A stretch of 63,145 nt of DNA, filler included, from Kipferlia bialata (taxonomy: Eukaryota), in assembly GCA_003568945.1 (NCBI GenBank). It is 7 parts of 7 records of this genome, joined end to end, with 100 filler letters (N's around TTAATTAATTAA, not from the genome) between each part and the next. Parts side by side here need not be neighbours in the genome. Positions count along the whole stretch, not along the records: positions 11,647 to 17,523 come from BDIP01001230.1; positions 17,624 to 29,154 come from BDIP01001231.1; 5 more parts are not named here. One strand, given 5' to 3'. Shown here one piece after another: positions 12,688-25,507 of the stretch. A program made the translations under genes and the position numbers. Position 1 is the first letter of the stretch; each line of letters starts with the position of its first letter. A model generated the notes under the pieces. That model did no database searches. It was not told where the DNA came from and saw only the letters and a list, made by a program, of their open reading frames with translations.

Positions 12688-14554
12688 TCAGTTGTCTATC
12701 GAGTATGCTCGGCAATTGTAGCAAAGACGATTAACTACAGAACTACGTACGCCTAGAAGCAAGCCCCACCCCACCATAAGTGCACAAAAATGCCCCAATC
12801 CGGTTCCGCACATACTGTGTCCGGTATTGCAACCAGCAGGGCCCAGGGAAGTGGTCCTCGTGACTTCAACCTGTCTTACACATACTGACCTCGCCACATC
12901 TACCACATCTACCACTCCAATGACACCTATGACACCAATGAGTGTCACACTGATACATGGACCCAGACCCCTGGCCTCAGGGGGGCTGTGAGTGTAATCC
13001 CCCTCCTCCTCCTTGCAAGTATGCAGTGCGATGCTAGTTGGCACGGGGACATTAACGCTATGGTACACTTCTCTCAATGACCTACGGTACGTGGTGAGGG
13101 CGGTGCATGACCCAGTACCCACTCACAGTGGATATGATGAGTGACTACCCAGGGCACTGATGCCATGGAATGACATCATACGTGGTACATGGACCACAAT
13201 GAATCCCCGGTATCAGTGACCCATCACATGCCAGATACACATAGTACCGGTGGGTGAGGCCCAGTCCTGGCATGGCTGAAGGTATATATATGTATATCAT
13301 GCAGTCATCAGGGGTGATGCTGGAGGGCACACTACCATGCAGGCCCTACATGCCGCGGTGTGAGTGCTGCCTCATGCGGGTATGCACCGCCCCCACCCAC
13401 CCCCCCAGCACCACTCCCCGTGGCAATGGCACAGGGTCACGGAGGACTGACCCCTCCTGGGTCTCGTCGTGCCCCTCCTCCCCCGTCCTATACATCAACT
13501 GTCTCCCACTGATGGAGGAGGATAGACTGACGGTGGGGCCGGAGAGACGGGGTCCCGCCCCCCTCTTCGCCCCCTTCTCCTTCTCCTTGACCCTCTCCTT
13601 CTCCTTCTTGGCGGCATTCCCATTCAGCAGCTTGTGCACAATGGCCTCTGCGGCCTGGATGGCCTTCCTCTCCTGTCCATGAAAAAGGGTCAGGAAGACA
13701 CATCGCAAAGAGAGGGAGACAGCGGGTAGACCACATATATACACATACACAGTATCCCATACCGTGGCTAGCTTCCTCTTGGCCGATCTGCGCTGGGACT
13801 CCTCGGCAGAGATCTTCTTCTTTGCGGCCACAAACCTGAAGGGTGGGACACTTATATACAACATATTCTGAAGTATCAGAGACCCATACAACACAGAAGA
13901 TGGGTCTGTATCTACAGTGGGATTGAATATGAATACAAGCATATACCTGGTCCGTTGCATCGACTCCTGCGAGGCCAGCGCGGCCTGGGCGCGTCTCTGG
14001 CGCACTGCCTCTCTGCTGAGGAGCCGGGCCTCTCTCTCTCTCTCCAGCATGCACAGGAACTGGGCCTCGTCCATCTGGGCCTCATCGGTGCTGTGTACAA
14101 GGTCACTGCTCTCCTCATCGTTGTCCTGGGCACTGGCAGGGGCATAGTACTCCTTCGCCGGCACCTGGCTCTGGGGCGAGGGCGACACAGGCGCAGGGAC
14201 AGTATCAGGTGGGTCGGAACACAGGTCGCTCGACTCGCTGTCATCGACATTGTCTGCCACACTGAGAGGGGCTGACGACAGAGGCCCAGGCAGTTGGACC
14301 GGAGGAAGCTTGACAGAGAGCGACGCTGGACTTGGCCCCATGCTGATGTCCCCGTCCACACTCTCAGGGGGGAGGGTGCCAGACCTGGCCACATAGTGGG
14401 GCAGGTCAGGCTGGAACCCCCGGCACACAGGGCCATAGACAGGGGGGGACACAAGCGACGCAGAGTCACTGGACAGCCGCAGATGAACACTAAAGAATGG
14501 CACCCCGCTCATGTGTGTGAGGAAGAGCGGCCTCTTTCTTGTTGAACACTGCAA
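12688..14554 (-). CDS. Unknown protein with Pro/Ser/acidic region and charged coiled coil
   Basis: The 402-aa ORF reads through in-frame introns (e.g. ~13837-13946). It contains EREREARLLSREAVRQRRAQAA and KKEKERVKEKEKGAKR. The 3' exon structure is unresolved. Confidence 0.5.
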
Positions 14555-14739
14555 AAAGTACCTCCACCCTTATTGCCCACTTGTCTGTATCTACACCTAT
14601 TCAGTTACTGAATTTCAGTATTAGTACATCACTCATCTTCGTAGCAGTATTGTACTAACGTATCAGGCTGACGGTCAGGAGTACGCTATACTGCCAAGCC
14701 CAGACTGTTATGCATAAACAAAATGTCTATCTATTATCT

Positions 14740-16494
14740 CTAGAGGCCGTCGAACCCCTCTGCGTCGTGTGTCATCTGCTGGATGGCCGCCTGGACAGGC
14801 ACCAGATACTCTCTGTGCAGAACTGACTTGGCCTGGGGTCAGATACGGATAGGAATGAGAGAGAAAGAGTGTGTATGTGTCGTACCATCTTGAAGATGTC
14901 GGGTGCTGGGATGGTGCCGATGCTCTCGATGTCGATGAGGAAGGCAGTGCGGCTGGTGCGGATGTAGCATGCGTTGAGTGTATCTGGCAGCGCAGGGGCA
15001 TCGTGAACTCCACTCTGGGGTTAGGCACGCATATAGATGGGGGGGTATGGTAAGAGGGAACTGGCGCCATAATGGAAGTTGACACAGCAATGCATGCTGA
15101 GTGCAAGTGGGATATATAGACAACACATCATACCGGGAGCTCGTCCTTGGAGAACCTCTCGCACTCGCCACACAGGACACAGTCCCTGAGGTTCTCGGGG
15201 GGGAGGGTGACCCTTCCGTCCAGGGTCAGCTCAAACAGGCCCTTGGGGCAGACCGTGTCCACAAAGTGCTGGGCATAGGGCCGGAAGTCCTCGAGGTACT
15301 CCAACCCGGCGTCATCAAAGACAATGATGGGCACGGGCTTGGCCACACACTGACGCATCAGGGGGAGTATACAATACAGTATATACATTATGTTCCAGCG
15401 CTATATGAGAACAACCAGCACAACATAGGCAGCTCACTCTTGACTGACCAGTACCTTAGACACAGGGCACCACTTGGCGTGCACCTTGCCCCTGCCCTTC
15501 CGGATGGTGAGGTCGACATGCAGAGAGGCCCCTGAAGGGTTAACATGGGGGGGAGGGGGGTTGGATTACTATATATAGAGTCACATAGCTCAAAGACAGG
15601 TACAAATGAGAATAATTGTTGTGAATCGTGGCATATATAGATATGCAGTGTGTACCTGGGTTGAGCTTGATGATGGGGATGGCGTCGAGCGAGGAGTCCA
15701 CGTCCACCAGGGGCAGGCACCGCAGGGTGTCCCCGTTGGGCCTGGTTGGGAGCATGTCCTTGGCCACCTGGATGTGCTTGTCAGTCACCATCATGGGCTC
15801 TGGGTTTAGGGGTTTAGGGGTGGGGGCAGCACAGGGGGGGGGGGGGTACAACTACATACGATATGGGTAATGGCTATACTGCAGCCACAATAGAGAGAAG
15901 AGACACGGGACGGAGATACAAATATTGACGCATTAGACTTGGTGGTGTCAAGGAATGGCTCGGTCATAGGATATAAACAGGCTGTCACTCCTCTCTCACA
16001 TACCATCTGTGTCATTGGTCACATCGATCTCAGCAGTCACCGTGCACTTCTTGCACCCCCTGTTACAGGCACATGCCCTCTGTTCCTGGACACAGTCCAG
16101 GTCGTCTGTGTAGATGGGCACCAGTCCCAGCCTGTGGTGTTGGAACGGTGGTGAAAGGGGGGGTGAATGAAATTGAAGAGACACAGTAATACTAGAGACT
16201 CTGCTCTGCCCCTGCAAGTGTATATACCTGTGTGCAATGAACTCATCGGACAGAACAGACTCATTTCTGTTGAAGACACACTCATCGATGGCCAATGTCT
16301 GGAGCTCGTTCAGGACAGCACGGCGAAGTCCATTCACGTAGCTGATGTCCACGCCATGGATCTCAAACTGGATAGAGTTCCTGCTACAGGAGTTGATTAT
16401 GATCCTGGGTGAGACTGAATCCAAGACTCTTGTGTTCTACAACAGATAGTATATACACTTGCCTGGGATTGACTTCCTCAACCAGAATGTCCAT
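14740..16494 (-). CDS. RPB3: RNA polymerase II alpha-like subunit RPB3, with ferredoxin-like Cys insert; ~8 exons
   Basis: MDILVEEVNPRIIINSCSRNSIQFEIHGVDISYVNGLRRAVLNELQTLAIDECVFNRNESVLSDEFIAHRLGLVPI; Zn loop CACNRGCKKC; PIIKLNPG; KGRGKVHAKWCP (W as in RPB3; AC40 has F); FLIDIESIGTIP; stop at 14740. Confidence 0.9.
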
Positions 16495-16887
16495 CGCTGA
16501 AAACTAGTGGTGTATCTATCGATGGGATAGAACACGCTCCGGACCACAGAGAGACAAGAGAATGCCTGAGTGTTGTCCCATTCAAAGGCTACCTTAGGCC
16601 TAATTACGATATTGCTAGCAATAAATTCCTTACTTACTTCTAAAACTGTCCAGAAATACTAAAGAATTATGGACAATCTATCCACCAACAGTTGCACAAT
16701 CCGTGTACCTGCGACTCAGTGACTATCATCTACCAGCGGTTCCTAGACCATCATACTAGACCAAGGAATCTATTATCTCTTATTGAACTACTAGAGACAA
16801 GAACCGGGTCCTGAAACTAAATACAATGGAACACAAAACAATAATGAAAGATGATCTCACACATACTGAGACGACTGGCAATATCAA

Positions 16888-17434
16888 TTATACACACTCC
16901 TCTAAGCTCTGTCTGACAGTACGGGACACCCTTCGCCGGTACTTCTTCTTGTTGTCTCTGAACATACGCGCCGCGTCAACATTGGCAGGACTAGAGATGT
17001 TGGGGTCGGATATCAACGACACCACTGAGAGCAGAATGGTTCTGACGGTGTGGATGGGTCTCCACCTCTCGACTGCAGTCTCCCCACTCAGGGCATCATT
17101 GCCAGCCTCGTGCAGGATACTGGAATCAGAGACGAGACTGTATGATAATTATCCCAATCCAATTACCACTTGCCTAATACACACCGAGCCGTCCTCATAC
17201 ACATTTGGATGGTAGAACTGAGATGTGAACCTCAGCTTGGGGGGACTCTGGGGATAGTTACAGGGGAAGCTCATCTGGAGGTCAGTGCTAGGGCTGAAAG
17301 AACACATCAAACACATTCAGGGATCAATTACGAACAGAGGATTCAATACACAAGTCATGTGACTTTAAAGTGACTATCTGCCTAGAGTACCTCTGCCTTG
17401 AACAGACCACCTGCATAGGGGGTATCACCAGGTC
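16888..17434 (-). CDS. Ubiquitin-conjugating enzyme E2, Ubc7/UBE2G/Cdc34 class (5'-truncated)
   Basis: Exons give GPGDTPYAGGLFKAE / MSFPCNYPQSPPKLR / FYHPNVYEDGSVCI / SILHEAGNDALSGETAVERWRPIHTVRTILLSVVSLISDPNISSPANVDAA...EECV*. HPN motif, catalytic Cys and the acidic loop insertion typical of this class are present. Confidence 0.92.
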
Positions 17435-17802
17435 CTGAGGGTCAGACACATCACTGATGAAGTATGAGAGAGAGAGAAAGAAGAGGGGGGGGGGGGGGGG
17501 GTCACAAGGTAACAACATAAACCNNNNNNNNNNNNNNNNNNNNNNNNNNNNNNNNNNNNNNNNNNNNTTAATTAATTAANNNNNNNNNNNNNNNNNNNNN
17601 NNNNNNNNNNNNNNNNNNNNNNNCATATGAAGAGGTATATATAGGGCGAGCAGTGTGAACGACCATCGCGGATTTCTATATTGGATGTATATTCCATATG
17701 GCAGGAGCCCAGAGGTTAGCGGTACAGGTGAGATGTAACTGTTGGTCCAGTAAGTAATACACCCCCCCCCCCCCTTCCCAATCACTGACTGGTAATCAGC
17801 GA

Positions 17803-20800
17803 TCACTCAGCTACACCACCTCTAAGAGTGTCCAGGCGAGCCTGGATGATGGTGATCTGCTCCTGCACAGCTCTGTAGACAGGGAGAACTGTCTTCTTGC
17901 CTTTTGTCTTAGACTTTAAGCATGCCAGAATGTGGTTGGCACCGCAGAGACGGTCGGTCCACATTGTGACGGCGTCAACTCCAATCGTGGGCCTGGTGAG
18001 ATAATTGAGAATCCTAACGCTGGTGCTGTCTCCTGTGTCCTCTCTGGAGCCACATGCCATGGCATCTCTGAACACAGCCCAGCTGGCGGACCCGAGGATG
18101 CCGTCCCTTGTATCAGTACACCAACAACAGAAAAATATTCACTACGTATCACAAACCGGGGGGAACAATATTGAAAAAAGACAAGGTAAGCAGAGACAGT
18201 ATAATGAACACAACACACCTGTCTTTCGAGTACAAGTGGAGAACAAGGTCCTCTGGATACTCCTCACCCGTGTAGGAGACCCGCAAGACTACCCTTCCAT
18301 TCTCGTATCCCCTACTCTTCAGACACCAGTGGCCCTGACTGTTAATACTATGCAGATTGCTAGGTAGTTATCGTCGACTCTGGTCTGGAATAATACGATT
18401 AGATATACACTTCCCTTGTCCCAGATCTTCTTCGCCGCTGCCTTTGTCTGAGAGTCCAGTTCTGTCAGGTCACCTGAGTCTGGCACCAACAGGTCATCAG
18501 GAGCAGTGACAGGCCGTGGGGGCCCCTCAGCGAACACGGACACGTTCTGACTGGACATAGCGACAGGTTCACCTCTCTCTGTACTGGACTCACCAACATC
18601 TCCAGCCTCATCACACTCAGTGTCGAAGAACGGAAACTCGGAATCATGTACGCCAGTGAAGACTCCATTGGCATCCCTAGTCTGAAGATAAGAGGACTGG
18701 CGTCTCTCCGCACTCAACAATGACATCCAACAAGATATCCCAAATAGTTATATACCAACATACCAACATACCTGTAGGAGGACGCTGTTGCACACTCGGG
18801 TACTCTCTGCAAGCCTCTTTCTCTGAATATCAGTGGCTACACTCACTAGCGATGTTGAGGCATCTCAATACTTACCATCTCGGCAAAGGTCTCCGAATCG
18901 GCACCAAGGGAGTCGTCGTACACAGTTGTGGACCTGTCGCCATCCAGGTCGGACTCAACCTGATCCGCAAATCTGACTGATTTACGACTGGTGGTAGCCG
19001 CAGCGTCATCACTTGCCTTGAGGGGTTAGCATTAAGAACTGAGAGGAGAGAGACACACAGACAGGTATGACAATGATCATAATATCATTGTCTATAGGTA
19101 GATCATTAGGACACCAGCAATATGTGTAGTACCCTCGACTACAAACCACATGACAGTAACATAGTACCAATGTATTATAATAATAGACACGTCACTGCAC
19201 ACCTTGGTCTTCGTAGGTGTCTGGGCACCTGAAGGGTGTGCGTGGACAGGAGTTGTATGGCGGCTTCTGAAGTTTTAGAATAGTCTGTCAAATGTGAAGA
19301 GGATGTATGCAGATACGAGTAGTCAAAGTACCTGTCATGCATAAGAGCTCTCTGTCTTGCTATTGGCGCTTGCCGCTGGAGGTCCGTGATCTCTTTGGCA
19401 ACGTCAGCCACTTCCCAGCGAGTGGATGCAAGTTCGGTCTCTAAGGTTCTGAACTCAGTAGATTCACAGTATCAGAATCGAGGTGGGAGAACAGCACATA
19501 CCTCACTCTCTCTAGGACGCCGGCAACAGTAGTCTCAGAGGGATTCTTACTGTCCTGCTCTGATGTTCTGTGGTTACTATACGACCACCAGATATAGATA
19601 TTCAGAGCATATTGTGATGGATAGATACCTTGAGACAGCAGAGGATGCATAGACCCGTCCAGGTCTCTGTCCCTGACCCACGGCATGTGGTTAGAGAGAT
19701 GCGGGAGCCGGAAGGATACCAGTATTGTTCCTGATAGCACATACATACTGTATTTGCCAGTAGTGCGAATAATACACTCGGATATATATATATGCCCTAA
19801 AGTATACCTCGTCAGAAAGAGCGTACTGGGGCATCTGTGACAGGATAAATGTCCTGACTGTTAGACATATTAAGAGTAGTCCCATAGATGCAGCACACAT
19901 GAAGAACACACCTCTGCTCTGCAGTTGGCAGTAGACCGTGACGTAGCACAGTCTGCTGGACACCCTCCAGGTATGCCTCCCGCTGCTTGCACTGCCACTG
20001 CACGTTGTCATGGTGACGGAGTCTCTCTCTGAAATCCCTGTCTTCTGTCTCTGCTGTGTTCAAGGTAGACTCTCTCTCAGCATCCAGGGAGGCAGCCAGG
20101 TCCGAAAGACCCTGCACTGCAGTGTACAAAGAATCTGAGAGCTGAATGTGAGACTAGGACAGTGGCATACAATGTTACACAGCCCCTTGTATATATGTAG
20201 TCTAGCCGCACAAACACAATGCATATAATGACGTAAGTGATGATTACCTGTACGAACTGTACTTATGTCACAGGAGTTGGTACCTGTGGGGGGTTGCCTG
20301 GTGACTGCAAGGACTCGGTGTCAGAAATGCTGCGTGTGCCAGCTGTGTTAGACGTATGCATTGTATATCTACAGTCCATGTACCAGAAAGACACAGACAC
20401 ACAGACATATACATGCGTGTCAATATCTTGCCATGCCCTGTCGGTATCTGTTGTGCCATCCCTACAACCAGCTTTCCACCCATCTCTCTCTATACATATA
20501 CGTACCGTGCTCTGCTCTGCCTGTCTCTACTGCCTGTGGAGGTGCTGCGGCAGTCACAGGGATGGGGACAGGGGCATCGACAGGCTGGGGTTGGATGGCA
20601 TCAGCCACACTGGCACATCTATACATGTAGTGTATATACAGCGCATGACAGAGGCCTANNNNNNNNNNNNNNNNNNNNNNNNNNNNNNNNNNNNNNNNNN
20701 NNNNNNNNNNNNNNNNNNNNNNNNNNNNNNNNNNNNNNNNNNNNNNNNNNNNNNNNNNCAGGCTGGGGTTGGAAGGCATCCGCCACACTGACACATCTAT

Positions 20801-21560
20801 ACATGTAGTGTATGGATACACAGGCAACAATGGTATATGCAGCGCATGACAAAGCCATGTGATCTAGGACTATTGGAACACAAACCAGTGTACCACATGT
20901 CCAAACCTCGGATGTCTGTTCCCTTTCCATCACAGGCATCTCGTACCCAGAGTGTATGATTGCCTCTGCAGAGGCGGCAACTGAGGTAAGTACATTGCAT
21001 AGACACAATAGTCACTGAGAAACCGTGAAAACACGTATCTTAAAACACATAAGAGACGTGCTCGACAAACTACCAGGAACCAGTAACAGACAAGACATAC
21101 CCTCGGACCCTGTCATGCGCTGCCCCAAGCCGACTGAAGTGGGTACGGTGGTGGGATCATAATATGATATCATAATGCATTACTACTGTACGAGCAATTT
21201 ACACTTCTGGATTTCAATCAAATGGATACACAGGACACCACACACCTGTAACACGGGCCTGAGACCGCTGTCTGGGAAACGCATCAGTGAGCGATGGCTG
21301 GGTCGTTATGGGCACTAAAACAGATATATCACGTGAGCACAGTTAACATAGCCAATATAGCCAAGACAGAAACAACAATACAGTCAACTCAAGACAGATG
21401 TGTATACCAGACGGGTTGTGGCTGAATCAAAGCACTAGCTAAACCTATACCTCAAGAGCACCCAGGGTTGGCGCCTCTGTCGGTGTCAGTGCCACAAGGT
21501 CAGCGAACATAGAGTCAAGTCCATTGACCTCTCCATCTCCTGATTCCATATAGTCAATGA
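17803..21560 (-). CDS. Unknown multi-exon gene(s)
   Basis: Chain of minus-strand exons with GT-AG ends (e.g. AVQGLSDLAASLDAERE..., ASDDAAATTSRKSVRFADQVE..., TRDANGVFTG..., final ORF 17803-18075). No family recognised; an internal N gap lies at 20659-20758. Confidence 0.45.
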
Positions 21561-21859
21561 GTGACTGGAGGTCATCCTGGTTGGTGCTGCAATGAGACAC
21601 AGACATACTACTACTACGCTAACTCTAGCACATGGTAGTAACTTCACATATGATGTGGAACATGAAATACGACGGTGCAGACATCTATGTAATAACACAG
21701 AGGATGCTGCAGTATTGCATGATCTGGGATTGACTCAGCATCAGACGACATACATGAATCAACCTATATAATTACCTCGGATATACAACTGATATACAAT
21801 TCTATACTGTGCAACTATGTGCCCTGAGGGTGAAATAAACATGAGGTTTCACTATACCT

Positions 21860-24800
21860 CGTCTGTCTGTCAATCCTTTCTGTGAACGTGTCGAAACACA
21901 GAGAACCAAGGTCACACGCACCCTTTGCAGCCTGTAATGAAATGAGAAAAAGAGCAAACATTCAACAGACACTGGGCAGTGGGACCGTGATCGATTACCT
22001 GCTGGTCTAGGTGCCGGAGAGCCAGGAAAACAAGGATAACATGCTGGACACTCCTGGTCAACTCCTTAGTTCTGGTATGAGATTGTGGAGTGATCTGCCA
22101 TTTACAAACACATATGGAACGATTCACATGGCTAGAACTCTACACAATAGAATGGTACCTTGGGAGGAGTGCAAGATCCTGAGTACGTTCTGAGCTCCTC
22201 AACATCTCCAAACACGGTGCAGTACACGCTGAGTGAGCAGAATGGAATATGGAGTAGAGGCTGGATAAGTGAAACCAGATATAATTGTAGCAACCTGAGA
22301 CAGTACCTGGGATGTATTCCTTGGATGCGTCATATAAGAATCGCTCTCTTACTCTCTTGTCTCTGATGATACCGTCAAATTTCTGGGAATCAGTGATATA
22401 GCTGACAAAGGTAGGGGCATCCACGAGGTAAGAGCCAAACTCCTTCTCTGGCGACATGATACGTACTCACCTTGATGATATTCTCATTGACTACCAAGGA
22501 TAGTGTCGCCCCGAGTCCTACTATCTGGTGTGGGTCTGAACGTATATGTGAACTTGCATATGTGTATAAAGGTAAGTATACACGTGAACTATATGCTTTC
22601 GGGGAGAAGCGCACAACAACCCGATCCGATGAATATACAATGAGTTTGAACCTGGCCCACACACGTGTGTTCTGCGATCTGGGCTTCCAAAGCCTCTGTC
22701 TCTCGCTGCTGAATGATCCAAAACACTTCTCCACAAACAGACTTGGTCAGACCATCCTAGTGTCAGCGTAACATGCTAGTGAGATCTGGAAGCTTTATAT
22801 CTGATTCTTCTTGACATTTAAATGCACATACACACTTTATAGTTCCTTACCGGAAGAGGACATGCCTCTATAGGGGTCTCTGTGTACGACCCCCAAGCAG
22901 CAGTGAGTTCTGCAAGGAGGAGAGAAGACTCCTGATGTGAGAGAAGAGTCAATACTCAGGTATATGACAAACGATACAGATAGTCCATCATTGAGAAGGA
23001 AATAAAATGCTATGTAAGACATCTAGTTGTGTAGAATTTACCAAATACCTTCTCCCAGTTCTCTCTGATCTTGTTAAACCTCTGTTTGACCTGGAGCGTC
23101 CCGTTGTGTCGAAGGTCGCTCTTGTCACAGTACTCCCCACGGCGGATGTCTGTCATCACCTCCTCACACTCACCAATGACCTCCTCAATGGCAGTCACGA
23201 TATCCTTGTGCTTGTTTGTGACGATGCATAGACGGGTATACCTGGATGTAAGTGGACAGTTAGGTCTCCAACACTAAACGATACTAGGACTAAATACTCT
23301 TGGTACTGAGAAACTTATGAGCATGAGATGATACTGACACTGGGGCACTTGAAGTATGTACCAAATTGAAAGAAACTAATGTATACATGAATATCAGCCA
23401 TCACATTCAGTACCATCCTACCTCTCAAGCAGAGTATCATCCACCTCCAAGTGTCTCTTCTCGACTAAATCGAGAGTCTCGGTCAGAACTGCTTCCCCAT
23501 GACAACCTGATGATTGAGCGCCGGTGTATTGTGATCGTCTACTAATAGTGGTCCACAAAGAATACACAAACATACCATGAATGTCAGCAAGCCTGCGGAG
23601 TTTCTGAATAGTATCCGAGGTGGACTCCGATACAGACCCAAGTAACTGTGTGAGATGAGAACACTGGAACACATAACACATATTTAAATACATGAATGAC
23701 AATGAGATACCAACTCAATCCCTACCACCAGACGGTGGCACTCACAACTCCCTGAATAATAAGAACATACACATGTAGCATCCACACCGTGTAGACACAC
23801 AACAGATATTCAATTGCGAATACATAACCCCTACCTCATCAAGCTTATCCTCGTACTTGACCACGCTCTCCCACTCTGTCAGGCTCTCGTTGAACCCAGT
23901 GGCACTACTATCCTAGAATGAGATTCAGACATAGATGTATGCCAATCAACACTCTCCACCAATGAGGCACACTATAGCCATGTTCAAACACGTTAAGAAT
24001 GACACGCTGTAATGGATATTTCTCGACGCATACCTGAATAGCCGCAAGGTCAGTGTTCATTATGGCAACCCTTGTCTGGATTATGTCAGACACTTTCCTG
24101 ACAACAGACTGATGGGTGGTCTGGTAGTCAGAAGTACATGTAGGGACTTAGACGATACGCTATCCATAGTTACTGTACATGTGTATAGAGCAACACACTG
24201 ATATATGCAGAAGACTGCAATACGGGAGACTAATACGTATCGGTTGGCATACAGAGAGAGAATAGCGGACACAAATACCTTCAGTAAGGCCCTGGCACTA
24301 TCAAGAGCAGACTCTCTTCTGGGTGTAAATAGAGAATACTGGGAATTGGGCCGACTACAACAAACTGGAAGAAGAAATGTAATAGTATCAATCTGAGAAT
24401 ATTACATATTGAGATAGACAAACACCCATACTGTTTCTACACACCTAGCAGTGACGTCTGTGCTGTCCAAACAACCAGAACCAGTTCCCTGAAGTCAAGG
24501 TATGGACAGGAGTCAATATATAAACACACATATACGTGTGAAAGTGCTAACCTCGATGTGTCTGTCCTCAAACATGGTACCGCTGATGTCGCATAGACGT
24601 GCTTCTGCACTCTCACACTTAGTCTCATACTCCTTAGGTGTAAGCGAGTATGAAACTGATAATGTAATCGATATGTACTACCTGAATGTCTTCCTCTGTT
24701 AGACTGTCCAGGCACTCCAGCTGGCCCAAGAAGTAGAGAGTGCTCTTCCCAACACATCCAACCTTCTCGACAAACAATCCTACTAGTGGGGTAAGGACAG

Positions 24801-25420
24801 TAAAGAGCATGTTACGAGCGGATATATAATTGTACGTACCCGGATCTTGAGCCGATGTCTGCCGTCCGGGAACCACGCACTGTGCCACCTATGGTGAGAG
24901 AGAGGGGATACGTGAGTACATATGCAACCCTCTCAGATGAGGGTAATATGCAATACTGGTCCATCGGTTCTGACACATATTTCACCAATAACACATCGTT
25001 ACACAAGAATGACATTGTCAGACAGGGAGAAGGTATTCTACTACATAGACAACGTGTAAGGAGTCACAGATCTACACTTGCTATACATAGAATCACAGTC
25101 TGCTGAACACAGAGTAATCCAAGACCTACATGTACTGATGCAGATAATACACACCTGATATTCACCTCTCTCCCCCTGGAACTCTCTCTCTCTGACCAAC
25201 GTCCCATCCTGAGCGACAGCCTGAGGTAAGTGTACAAATCGAAGAGTGTATGTTATGTCAGGCACCAGACTAGTCATACTGGTGATTTACATATATATAC
25301 TGATTTATGTCCAGAATAACAGTGCGTGTGGAAATTGATAGGAAACTGTCTGAGCTGAGTGCACACATAGTACTCACCTGGTATTGGGCTGTTGTCTCAT
25401 CTCTCTCTGTTTCGTGGTCT
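21860..25420 (-). CDS. Unknown multi-exon gene
   Basis: Exons such as AVAQDGTLVREREFQGERGEYQ, GFNESLTEWESVVKYEDKLDE, AIEEVIGECEEVMTDIRRGEYCDK...KIRENWEK, DGLTKSVCGEVFWIIQQRETEALEAQIAEH, SPEKEFGSYLVDAPTFVSYITD. No family recognised. Confidence 0.45.
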
Positions 25421-25507
25421 ACCCAATCCTGGTGTCATGTGGAGGAGAGGTAAGGAGACAACATACAGCAGGCGAAGGAAGATGCCTCTGTAGCGGCGGA
25501 AACTATA

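Noticed and set aside
15801..15825. Telomere-like GGGTTTAGGGGTTTAGGGG
   Set aside because: Only two units; it is a duplicated branch/acceptor segment of an RPB3 intron.
16826..17215. 129-aa plus-strand ORF
   Set aside because: Antisense shadow of the E2 gene.
20575..20815. Direct repeat flanking the 100-N gap
   Set aside because: Probably another exon-end duplication or a scaffold overlap; the gap prevents a call.
24720..24780. VGCVGKST as a possible Walker A motif
   Set aside because: Lacks the first Gly of GxxxxGKS and has no supporting Walker B.
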